Of a DNA stretch of 64,000 nucleotides, positions 54,060-62,565 are shown piece by piece. A model generated the notes under the pieces. It saw only the letters and a list, made by a program, of their open reading frames with translations. It searched no databases and was not told where the DNA came from. Location of the stretch: positions 265,318 to 329,317 of the forward strand of contig CAZSTS010000001.1 in assembly GCA_964609965.1 (NCBI GenBank), read 5' to 3'. Both the position numbers and the translations under genes were made by a program. Source of the stretch: an uncultured Nitrospirales bacterium (GTDB taxonomy: Bacteria > UBA10199 > JADGCS01). The number at the start of each line of letters is the position of its first letter. The stretch's first letter is position 1.

Positions 54060-55081
54060 AGATCATAACGCAAAACATTTCCATCATCTTCTGAAATGAG
54101 CATTTCGCAGCCAGGACCGATGGCCAGGCCTTCTTGATTATCTCCGTGAAGCGTCCAATCATTAAGCATATTACCAAGAATGTCGAACTCAGTAATCTTA
54201 TCATACCCATCATAAAGGGAATAAATAGTTCCTGACACTTCATCGTAATCTAGGCCTGAGATATCTGTTCGGCCAGAAACAGGGATAAAACTATCGATTA
54301 ATGTGACCGTTTCTAAGATAGAACTTGTAACTATGGGCAGCTCAAAAACATATACCCTACCTGTTGCTTGGAGCCCCGCATAGAAATAACCACCTTCTGA
54401 TGAGATGTCATTGGGGACAAACGTAAGAGCTTCGAGACCTTGATTAGACGCTCCTGTCATCCACGGTGTGAGATCAAATGTTCGTGTGACCACACCTAAA
54501 TCAATATCAAACTCTTTTACACCATCTGGATTTTCTATCCCTATGTAAACAAAATCCGAATCTGTATCTACAACAGTAATAGCCTCAAAGTCTCCCCCAA
54601 TATTCCAATCAACTACAGAACTACCATCAGAATCCATCATACTCACATAACCGCCATCACTCACTATAAAAAACATTTCTAATCCTTCGTGCCAAACAGC
54701 ACCACTTGGTTCATAACCGCTGAGAAGACCTGTGCCTACTTCAATGCCTGTAGAAACCACGGCATCATAATCAAACTCACAAGAGATTTCACCTTCACCT
54801 TCATCTTCTCCTTCACCTTCACCTTCGCCTCCCTGCCCTGAGCCTGTCGAAGGGTCACCTTCTCCTCCCTCGTCCATCGTCTCCTCGTCTATCGTCTCCT
54901 CGTCCATCGTCTCCTCGTCTCCTTCTTCATCCTCTTCTGTCGTTGAATCCGAAGCACTCTCGTTATCAGAATATCCATCAACAGGATCCAATTCTCCAGC
55001 TAAAGGAAGAGAATCCCCACACGCGGAGAACAGTAAAACGAATAAGATGAGAAGGAAATATTTAGCGATCTTGAATTCCAT
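54056..55081 (-). CDS. Lipoprotein with acidic linker and probable beta-propeller (SdiA-regulated/phytase-like?)
   Basis: Start set at MEFKIAKYFLLILFVLLFSACGD (lipobox); the track ORF extends to 55324. Acidic repeats EETMDEETIDEETMDE and GEGEGEGEDEGEGE. GLEALTF...GGYFYAG text. Confidence 0.5.
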   Translation of the reverse strand: MEFKIAKYFLLILFVLLFSACGDSLPLAGELDPVDGYSDNESASDSTTEEDEEGDEETMDEETIDEETMDEGGEGDPSTGSGQGGEGEGEGEDEGEGEISCEFDYDAVVSTGIEVGTGLLSGYEPSGAVWHEGLEMFFIVSDGGYVSMMDSDGSSVVDWNIGGDFEAITVVDTDSDFVYIGIENPDGVKEFDIDLGVVTRTFDLTPWMTGASNQGLEALTFVPNDISSEGGYFYAGLQATGRVYVFELPIVTSSILETVTLIDSFIPVSGRTDISGLDYDEVSGTIYSLYDGYDKITEFDILGNMLNDWTLHGDNQEGLAIGPGCEMLISEDDGNVLRYDL

Positions 55082-55208
55082 AAAAGCACCTAAAACCCGG
55101 AAACCACTGTCAATGCTAGCTTCTACGACATTGAGAGCAATTTCACAACTCTTTTTCTTTAACTCGACATCGTATCCACTTAGAGTTATTGGGTTTTTTA
55201 GATTATTT

Positions 55209-56168
55209 ATGGCACTATTTACAAAGTTAAATAAAAGACAAATCCAAGGTATTCTTAAGCAGTATTCGCAGCTCGATAAGAGAAGCTTTACCTTCTCCGG
55301 CGTGACCATGGGATCTGTAAACACCCATTACAAGCTAACGTTTAATAAGAAAGAAATCTATTATCTTAAGATTGTTGAACAAGTAAATGAAGCAGAACTC
55401 AAAAACGAAATCCGTATTTTTCAAAACTTTGCAGCTGAGAAATCCAAGCTAGACTTTTGTTTTCCCACCCCTCTCAAAACAAAGAACAACAAGCTCTACA
55501 TCAGGTTTCGCAATAGGTTTGCTCAGGTTTTTACCGAAGTTCCTGGAAGATCAATCTACAAAGCGCTCTCAACACCACAAGTAAAAACAATTGGAATGAA
55601 ACTAACTCAGCTCCACAAAATCAAAGCCAATCCTACTCTCAAACCTCACCCATTTAATTTAAAAGGAATGAAAAAGGTTTTTAAGCAAATCAGCGCCATA
55701 ACAAAAAAGAAAAAACCTGATCTTCATAAATTTATTTCAAATACATTGCACGAATTAGATGTTACCCAACCGAATTTAAAAAAACATGTCCTTATCCATG
55801 GTGACCTGTTTCCCGAAAATATACTTTGGAATGGAAATAGATTCTCGGGCATGATTGACTTTGAATGCGCAGGCCTTGGCGAACCTATGTTTGATATCTC
55901 AGTTTGCCTCCACAGTTTTTGCCATAATGAAAAATCGTTTGATCAGAAAAAGGTAACTAGTTTTATAAAAGGTTATTCATCCATCAGGAAAATTACGAAG
56001 CAAGAGCAAAAACATTTCATCTATTATATGAAACTAACAAGCTTGCGTTTCATGCTCACTCGGCTCAGAAATTCTGAATTCCTGAAAGTCAAAACCAACG
56101 CCAAGCACTACAAGAATTACAGAGAATATCTAATCAGATTCAATGAAATCAATAGGTTACAATTCTAA
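55209..56168 (+). CDS. Homoserine kinase type II / aminoglycoside-phosphotransferase-fold kinase
   Basis: LNKRQIQGILKQYS......F.GVTMGSVNTHYKLTF....YYLKIVE and LIHGDLFPENILW.GNRFSGMIDFECAG match the ThrB type II (APH fold) pattern. Start set at MALFTKL. Confidence 0.65.
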   Translation: MALFTKLNKRQIQGILKQYSQLDKRSFTFSGVTMGSVNTHYKLTFNKKEIYYLKIVEQVNEAELKNEIRIFQNFAAEKSKLDFCFPTPLKTKNNKLYIRFRNRFAQVFTEVPGRSIYKALSTPQVKTIGMKLTQLHKIKANPTLKPHPFNLKGMKKVFKQISAITKKKKPDLHKFISNTLHELDVTQPNLKKHVLIHGDLFPENILWNGNRFSGMIDFECAGLGEPMFDISVCLHSFCHNEKSFDQKKVTSFIKGYSSIRKITKQEQKHFIYYMKLTSLRFMLTRLRNSEFLKVKTNAKHYKNYREYLIRFNEINRLQF

Positions 56169-56334
56169 AAACCAAGATTCTATCTACTAAAAAAATCTCG
56201 AAATTCCCCCTTATTTCACGTTGCACCACAGGAAGAAAATTGTTACTTGGCCGCTAAGTTTAAATGAAAAGACTAATTTAAAACAGGGGTATTTCACTAA
56301 ATAAATTCGATATTCAAATATTAAAGGAATTACT

Positions 56335-58017
56335 ATGAGCGGTTTTCAAATGACGTACACAGTTCTGGGTGGACTTGGCATTTTCTTTTTAGGAATCAAA
56401 TACCTTTCTGAATCTTTACAGGCTATGGCTGGTGATCTTATTCGCAGAATCATCAACCTCCTCACAACAAATAGGATTATGGCTGTTCTTGTTGGAACAC
56501 TCGTTACAACCATCATTCAATCAAGTTCTATCACTACTGTGATGGTTGTGGGCATGGTCAATGCTGGTCTCATGAACCTCGTTCAAGCCATTGGCATTAT
56601 TTTTGGTGCCAACATTGGAACAACGATTACCGGTTGGATCATTGCCATTAAAGTAGGAAAATACGGGCTTCTCTTTATTGCTCTTGGTGCCATGCCCATG
56701 TTTTTTATCAACAATGATAATTGGAAGGCTATTGGCAAACTCCTTGTGGCCTTGGGTTTTGTTTTCATGGGCCTCAAATTCATGAGCGACGCCTTTCACC
56801 CTCTTCGCACTGATCCCACTTTCTTGTATTACCTACAATATTTTACAGCTGATTCTTATGCGTCCCTTTTTGGTTGTCTCCTCATTGGCTGTCTCCTCAC
56901 CTGTATAATTCAATCTTCATCAGCCATGTTAGGTATCACAATAGCCTTAGCAGGAACTGGAGCCATTAGTTTTCAAACAGCCATGGGATTGGTCATTGGC
57001 CAAAACATTGGAACAACAATCACAGCAAACCTTGCCGCAATAGGAACAAACGTTAATGCAAAGCGTACTGCTAGAGCGCACGCCTTTTTTAATATTTTTG
57101 GTGCCCTCATCATGGTTCCCATTTTTTGGTGGTATATTGACCTTGTTGACCTGCTCATCATGGGCGATCCTAACCTGGTTATTGCTGATGGCACAAAACC
57201 TGCCATGGCCACACACGTTGCCATGGGGCATACCATATTTAATATTACTATCACTATTGTCTTTATGTTCTTCCTCCACCCTTTAGCTCGTTTTGTCACA
57301 TGGATTACTCCTGGAGATAAAAAAGAGCAAAAAAGCACACTCAAGATCCTTGGAGGAACAGATATTGCCCCTGCATTAGCGTTAGAACAAGCTCAGCATG
57401 AAGTCTCGCAAATGCTCGATAACCTCAAAGACCTCCTCCAAGATACAAAAACCTATATTTCATTAGATAATGACAACGTCAGTTTATTAGATAAAATTGT
57501 ACAATCTGAAGACGAATTTGATAACCAACAAAAAGAAGTCACCATCTATCTCTGCCATGTGATGGAAGTGCCTCTAAGTCCTGAGCAATCAGCTTTAGGC
57601 TACTCACTTATCCGTACCTCTGACGAAATCGAATCAATATCTGATTATTGCGCAACGCTGGCAAAGCTTTACAAGAAAACACTGCACAAAAAAGAAAGCC
57701 GTTTAAGTGAATCCGCTAAACACGAATACAGAAGCCTTTTCAAAGAGGTCATGAATTATTATAATTCCATCAAAGAATTTTACACGACCCGTAATTTAGA
57801 AGTGACAGATGAATTCCAATTGAAAGCTCGTCAAATTCAGATACATGCTGATCGTGTGCGCAAACGTCACATGGACCGCATAAGAACGGGAGACTGCTCT
57901 GCATTGTCTGGATTAGCTTTTAGTGACATGATAGTTGCCTCAAGACGTATTGCAAATCATTCGTTAAATATTATGGACGCCGTGGCTTCTAGTATTCCAA
58001 ATATTAAGGCGGGTTGA
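56335..58017 (+). CDS. Na/Pi cotransporter family protein with PhoU-like C-terminal domain
   Basis: Duplicated QSSSITTVMVVGMVNAG / QSSSAMLGITIALAG motifs, multiple TMs, helical PhoU-like tail. Confidence 0.85.
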   Translation: MSGFQMTYTVLGGLGIFFLGIKYLSESLQAMAGDLIRRIINLLTTNRIMAVLVGTLVTTIIQSSSITTVMVVGMVNAGLMNLVQAIGIIFGANIGTTITGWIIAIKVGKYGLLFIALGAMPMFFINNDNWKAIGKLLVALGFVFMGLKFMSDAFHPLRTDPTFLYYLQYFTADSYASLFGCLLIGCLLTCIIQSSSAMLGITIALAGTGAISFQTAMGLVIGQNIGTTITANLAAIGTNVNAKRTARAHAFFNIFGALIMVPIFWWYIDLVDLLIMGDPNLVIADGTKPAMATHVAMGHTIFNITITIVFMFFLHPLARFVTWITPGDKKEQKSTLKILGGTDIAPALALEQAQHEVSQMLDNLKDLLQDTKTYISLDNDNVSLLDKIVQSEDEFDNQQKEVTIYLCHVMEVPLSPEQSALGYSLIRTSDEIESISDYCATLAKLYKKTLHKKESRLSESAKHEYRSLFKEVMNYYNSIKEFYTTRNLEVTDEFQLKARQIQIHADRVRKRHMDRIRTGDCSALSGLAFSDMIVASRRIANHSLNIMDAVASSIPNIKAG

Positions 58018-58245
58018 ATCAATTCGCTATTTTTATTTCAGATTTTATTTTTTTTATTTTTACCTAGGGTAAGTCAGCCTTCGGCTTCCTAAACCCTAGG
58101 CTAATTTATGAAGCCCTTTCAGGGCAAATTCAAAGAAACCCCAAGGGGGTTTAATATAATAGCCCAGGGTTAAGCGAAGCATTACCCTGGGTCTCAACCA
58201 CAAAATAAGATCACACCACCCTGAAGGGGTTTAATAACAAGGTAT
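58018..58245. repeat. Convergent intergenic region packed with GC-rich hairpins
   Basis: CCTAGGGT..ACCCTAGG, GCCCT-TTC-AGGGC, AAACCCC-AA-GGGGTTT, CCCAGGGT..ACCCTGGG. GGGGTTTAATA occurs twice. Confidence 0.7.
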
Positions 58246-59940
58246 TTATAACTTTAATTCCCTCGCCAGCTTCTTATCATATTCATAGATATCTCTTCGA
58301 AGATGGACGTTGTCATCCTCATCTACCCATGCTGTGACATACCTTAGAAGCACAGGGATCTTGTCTTTCAAGACAACAGTGATCACTTTGCCTGATTTGA
58401 TTGTAGAATTTATACGCTCTTCATCCCACTTTTTGCCTATCTTCACTATCAAGGGTTTAAAAAGATACGTAGCAAGCTTAAGTGGTTCTTCAACACGGAT
58501 ACAGCCATGGCTGTAAGCACGAAAATCCTTTTTAAAAAGAGATTTAACAGGCGTATCATGCAAATAAACACTAAATTTATTAGGAAAAATAAATTTTAAA
58601 CGCCCCAGAGCATTGCCACCACCAGATTTCTGACTAAATGTGTACTCTTCTGGATCTGCTTTTGACCAATCAACTTTCTCGGAATTGATCACAACAAGTT
58701 TACCCTTTTCTTTTTTATAAACAGTGAAATTATTCTTTTTAATATAAGAAGGATTTTCTATTATTTTAGGAATCGTTTCTTTTTCGATAATTTTAGGAGG
58801 AACAGTCCATTTTGGATTGATCACAACGTATTCTAACTCATCAGTAAAAACAGGGGTCTGCCATTTCTTGTTCCCCACAATAGTTCTCATCCTAAGTTTT
58901 GTCTTTCCATGATCGATCAACTGCAAATGATAATCTGGAATATTAATATAAATATATTTTTTAGGAACTTCAGTCCGAGCCACCCATCGCCTTCTTTCCA
59001 AATTAGCCTTAAGCTGCGAAATCACTTTACTGATGGGTTTATTGAGAGCTGCTCGTGTATAGCCACCAATAACACCATCATCGTTAAGACCATTTAAGCG
59101 CTGATATTTTTTGACAACTTCTTCGAGATCTGAATCATAAAACTCAGCATACTTAGCTACTTTTTGAGAGAGATGATTTGTAAATTTCAGTCGTGCCCGT
59201 AAAGCTAATATGTACGGACCTTTAAAGCCTGGCTCAACCTTTTTCCCTATCTTCGGCACAATGGGAAGAGGTCCCTTTTTTTGAATTTTTTTGTAATGAA
59301 CCAGAGCTTCCTTGAGTTTTTTATACTGTTCATCTTGAGGATAGAGTTTTTGAATCTGCCTTAATACAGAAGAAGTTTTCAAGGTTGTGCGCAACACTTC
59401 TACTACATCGATTTTTTGTGATGGTTTAAGATACCACTCATCTAAAAATTTAGTAGGAACAACTCTTCCTTGTGTAATATCTTTGGTTAACTGAAGAAAG
59501 GTATCTGTTAGCAATAGCTCTACCCGAGCAAGGTCTTTAAAAGCCCTCACCTTCCCAATAACTTCTTGCAAAAGCTCTAAATGATAGTCACTAGGGTTGA
59601 GGCCATGTTTTTCAGATTCTTTAACGGCCTTGACCAAATCTTTAATAATGCGACTTCTAGAAGAATTATGGTGATTCCACAAAGGGCGATAAACTTGTTC
59701 TTTGAAAACAGCCCTCAAAAGAGGGGTTTGTTTTAATTTAGTATTAAAAACCTTTAATTTGCCACGTGTTGAACCTAAAAGATTAGCAATTTCTGCCTGT
59801 ACAATATCAGTATCAGTGTGTGTTGGTTTTGGAAGCTTTGACTCCTTTTTGAGCATGTCTTCTTGGATGAAAAAAGCCCATGAAAGCTGAGTATAACCTA
59901 TCAATATTATGAGGATAAATATGGTTTTTAAAGTTTTCAT
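58246..59940 (-). CDS. L,D-transpeptidase (YkuD domain) with peptidoglycan-binding domain, YcbB-like
   Basis: Signal peptide; PG_binding_1-like YQRLNGLNDDGVIGGYTRAAL; catalytic YLHDTP...SHGCIRV. Confidence 0.85.
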   Translation of the reverse strand: MKTLKTIFILIILIGYTQLSWAFFIQEDMLKKESKLPKPTHTDTDIVQAEIANLLGSTRGKLKVFNTKLKQTPLLRAVFKEQVYRPLWNHHNSSRSRIIKDLVKAVKESEKHGLNPSDYHLELLQEVIGKVRAFKDLARVELLLTDTFLQLTKDITQGRVVPTKFLDEWYLKPSQKIDVVEVLRTTLKTSSVLRQIQKLYPQDEQYKKLKEALVHYKKIQKKGPLPIVPKIGKKVEPGFKGPYILALRARLKFTNHLSQKVAKYAEFYDSDLEEVVKKYQRLNGLNDDGVIGGYTRAALNKPISKVISQLKANLERRRWVARTEVPKKYIYINIPDYHLQLIDHGKTKLRMRTIVGNKKWQTPVFTDELEYVVINPKWTVPPKIIEKETIPKIIENPSYIKKNNFTVYKKEKGKLVVINSEKVDWSKADPEEYTFSQKSGGGNALGRLKFIFPNKFSVYLHDTPVKSLFKKDFRAYSHGCIRVEEPLKLATYLFKPLIVKIGKKWDEERINSTIKSGKVITVVLKDKIPVLLRYVTAWVDEDDNVHLRRDIYEYDKKLARELKL

Positions 59941-60030
59941 GTCAGTAAATACACTAAATCGCTAATCTATTTAGGAGAACTGGGATTTTGGGTCAAGGTC
60001 TAACATGGTTATGTTAACAGGATTTTGGAT

Positions 60031-60090
60031 ACGCTAGACGCCAGCTTCGCCTTCGCCGAAGCCTATGCGAAGGCGGCACTCTAGACACAA
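60031..60090. repeat. Heptad-phased pseudo-repeat with internal palindrome
   Basis: ACGCTAG/ACGCCAG/CTTCGCC/TTCGCCG/AAGCCTA/TGCGAAG/GCGGCAC/TCTAGAC, with GCCTTCGC..GCGAAGGC arms. Ends 5 nt from the yicC stop. Confidence 0.75.
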
Positions 60091-60094
60091 AACG

Positions 60095-60958
60095 TTACTC
60101 AATATTCTGAATCTGCTCCCTGATCTTTTCTAAAGCCACTTTAGCATCAACAACCAGATGAGCAATTTGGGCGTTTTGAGATTTAGAGGCAATCGTATTA
60201 AATTCACGATTGAATTCCTGAAGGAGAAAATCAATTTTTCGTCCAATGGGATCTTTTGATTCAATAAAACTCAAAATCTGTGAAAAATGGCTCTCAAGTC
60301 TTTTGAGTTCTTCAGACACATCCATACGATCAAGATAATAAACAACCTCCGTATGAAGTCTTTGTGGATCCAACTCTGCAAGCTCTTCTTTTCTTTCTTT
60401 GATCTTATTTGTTAACTTTTCATCGAGTTGCTCTTGAACCTCTGAAACCAAAGATTCGACATTTTCTTTTATTTTTTGAATGGTTGTAAGCCTCCCCTTA
60501 ATATCTTCCCTTAAGCTAAGCCCTTCTTTCTCGCGCATTTTATTTAAATCTGTGATTGCCTTTAATAATATGGGTTTTAAATCTTTCCAAGTCTTACTGA
60601 CATCTAACTCCTTGTATATCCAACCACCAACACCGGATAAAAGATGCTGAAGAGAAACAGGTTCTGCTATTTTTAATTCGGTTGTTATATTACTCAAATA
60701 CGAATGATAGTTTTTAAAAGCTGTGATTTCTGTAGGTGAAAGCTGAGCTGTTTTTTCCTCAAAAATAAAGATTTCTACACGGCCTCTATTAATATGTTCG
60801 CGTATGAATTGCTGCACAGGAATCTCTAATGGGGAATAACGCCCAGGAGCCCTAAAGTTAGTATCTAGATACCTATGGTTAACTGATTTGATTTCTAATC
60901 TGATGGGTACGTCCTGAAGCAATCCAGAAGCTTTTCCCATTCCTGTCATGGATTTCAT
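60095..60958 (-). CDS. yicC: YicC family stress-induced protein
   Basis: MKSMTGMGKA start typical of the YicC family (TIGR00255). C-terminal DUF1732-like text (DVSEELKRLESH...GRKIDFLLQEFNREFNTI). The track ORF extends to 61006. Confidence 0.8.
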   Translation of the reverse strand: MKSMTGMGKASGLLQDVPIRLEIKSVNHRYLDTNFRAPGRYSPLEIPVQQFIREHINRGRVEIFIFEEKTAQLSPTEITAFKNYHSYLSNITTELKIAEPVSLQHLLSGVGGWIYKELDVSKTWKDLKPILLKAITDLNKMREKEGLSLREDIKGRLTTIQKIKENVESLVSEVQEQLDEKLTNKIKERKEELAELDPQRLHTEVVYYLDRMDVSEELKRLESHFSQILSFIESKDPIGRKIDFLLQEFNREFNTIASKSQNAQIAHLVVDAKVALEKIREQIQNIE

Positions 60959-61050
60959 AATATTCCTTTTAAAATAATTTGGGCAGCCATAAAGACTGCC
61001 CCTCACATTATCGGGCGGGTACGGGGACCCGCCCCTACTATAAATTATTA

Positions 61051-61088
61051 ATTCACGGACCCACTATTCACTATTCACGATTCACGAG
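61051..61088. repeat. Heptad repeat ATTCACG/GACCCAC/TATTCAC/TATTCAC/GATTCAC
   Basis: Read directly. On the minus strand it gives TGA every 7 nt. Abuts the stop of the FHA gene. Confidence 0.85.
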
Positions 61089-61766
61089 TTAATACAAGCT
61101 CACCTTCATACTCACGACGCCAAGACTGATCACATCATTGTGCCTGAGACGGCATGACTCAACCTCATAGCCATTTACAAATGACCCGTTTTTGCTAAAC
61201 AGATCTAATAAATTAAGACCATCATCATCCTGATAAATGACAGAATGTGCTCGAGATATAGAAGGATCACCGACTAGGAAATCAGGGTTACGAACAAAAT
61301 TACCGAGCAACTTATTGTTTGGTGAATAGGCTTGATCTGGAGCAATCGGTTTTCGCTGCCCCTTTGAAAGGTACTTTTCAATCAATTGTTGGTTATGAGA
61401 ATCAAGGTTTGAATACATCATCTGAGCAGGTTTAACCACCACGGTCACATCCATATTTAAGTCTGGGTTTATTTTTCGACCCATCACAATACAATGACCG
61501 TATTTGACTTCAAAAGATTTATCTTTGTCCTCACCCATAAGAATGGTGACGACTGCATGAATCCCTTTTGCTTTACCTCTCAGTTTGTTTTTAAAAGAAA
61601 TAGCGTATTCAAGACGAAAATCAGGTATACCATTTTGCATGCGGTAACCCGTAAAACAATCCTGGCAAATAATGATCTTTTCCTTGGTAGGAATCAATCG
61701 GCTTGCTCCACACGACGGACAAATTAAAGCCTCGGCGTATTGTCTAGGTAACGACTGTTTTATCAT
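61089..61766 (-). CDS. Zinc-ribbon (Trm112-like) + FHA domain protein
   Basis: N-terminal CPSCG...CQDC...GIPDF ribbon. C-terminal FHA text (VGDPSISRAHSVIYQDDDG..LLDLFSKNGSFVNG). Confidence 0.7.
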   Translation of the reverse strand: MIKQSLPRQYAEALICPSCGASRLIPTKEKIIICQDCFTGYRMQNGIPDFRLEYAISFKNKLRGKAKGIHAVVTILMGEDKDKSFEVKYGHCIVMGRKINPDLNMDVTVVVKPAQMMYSNLDSHNQQLIEKYLSKGQRKPIAPDQAYSPNNKLLGNFVRNPDFLVGDPSISRAHSVIYQDDDGLNLLDLFSKNGSFVNGYEVESCRLRHNDVISLGVVSMKVSLY

Positions 61767-61778
61767 GTCCTAAATGAG

Positions 61779-62312
61779 TTATCTGCGTTTGTTATAAGCT
61801 GCTATGACTTTGCTCGTAATATCTGTAGCTCCCTTAGAATAGAGAACTGTTTCTGCTGAGTTTTCTATTACTAAAGTATAACCTTCTTTTTTTGAAAGAG
61901 TAACTACAATGTTACGTAAAGAAGTTAGAATTTTTTTTGCGCTTTCAGCTTCCTTCGTTTTTAATTCCCTTTCAAAAGTGGCAGCCTTATTTTGAAGGTC
62001 AAGAAACTTTGCCTGAAGCTCTTTTCTCTTTTTATTCATGGCATCTGCAGAAAGCACCATTTGTTGTTTTTCGACCTTTTTTGACATGCTTTCTAACTCA
62101 GACTTCATGGCATCAATTTTCTTCTTTTTAGATTCATACTCTTTTTTTAGTGATTCTTTTGCTTTTTTACCTTCGTTCACCTGATTGAGAGCTGATTGCA
62201 AACTAACCAAGGCTATTTTTTCTTGGGCATAAGAAATATTTACGCTACCTATTACGAATAAGAGTGCCAATACAGCTGAAATAATTATCCTTTTTCTCAT
62301 ATCATTCTCCAT
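61779..62312 (-). CDS. skp: Periplasmic chaperone Skp/OmpH
   Basis: Signal peptide, Lys/Glu-rich coiled-coil text, position immediately downstream of bamA. Confidence 0.8.
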   Translation of the reverse strand: MENDMRKRIIISAVLALLFVIGSVNISYAQEKIALVSLQSALNQVNEGKKAKESLKKEYESKKKKIDAMKSELESMSKKVEKQQMVLSADAMNKKRKELQAKFLDLQNKAATFERELKTKEAESAKKILTSLRNIVVTLSKKEGYTLVIENSAETVLYSKGATDITSKVIAAYNKRR

Positions 62313-62565
62313 TTATTATTATCTAATACCTCGATTCCAAATTAACTTAATAAGTTAATTTATCTCTCGGCATTAGTACTGAGTGAGCAAATAAAGTAAT
62401 TTATTTAAATTACATAATTTGCGAATCGAAGTACTAAGATTAATTTTGCATCTTTTGTCTTTAAAGATGCTTCATTTAACGTTCCATTTATTAAGAAGTT
62501 TTAGTATTTTTAAAAATCAATTAAGATTTTAGAGTGTTACAAAAACCACATAAAGAGATCAAGCA

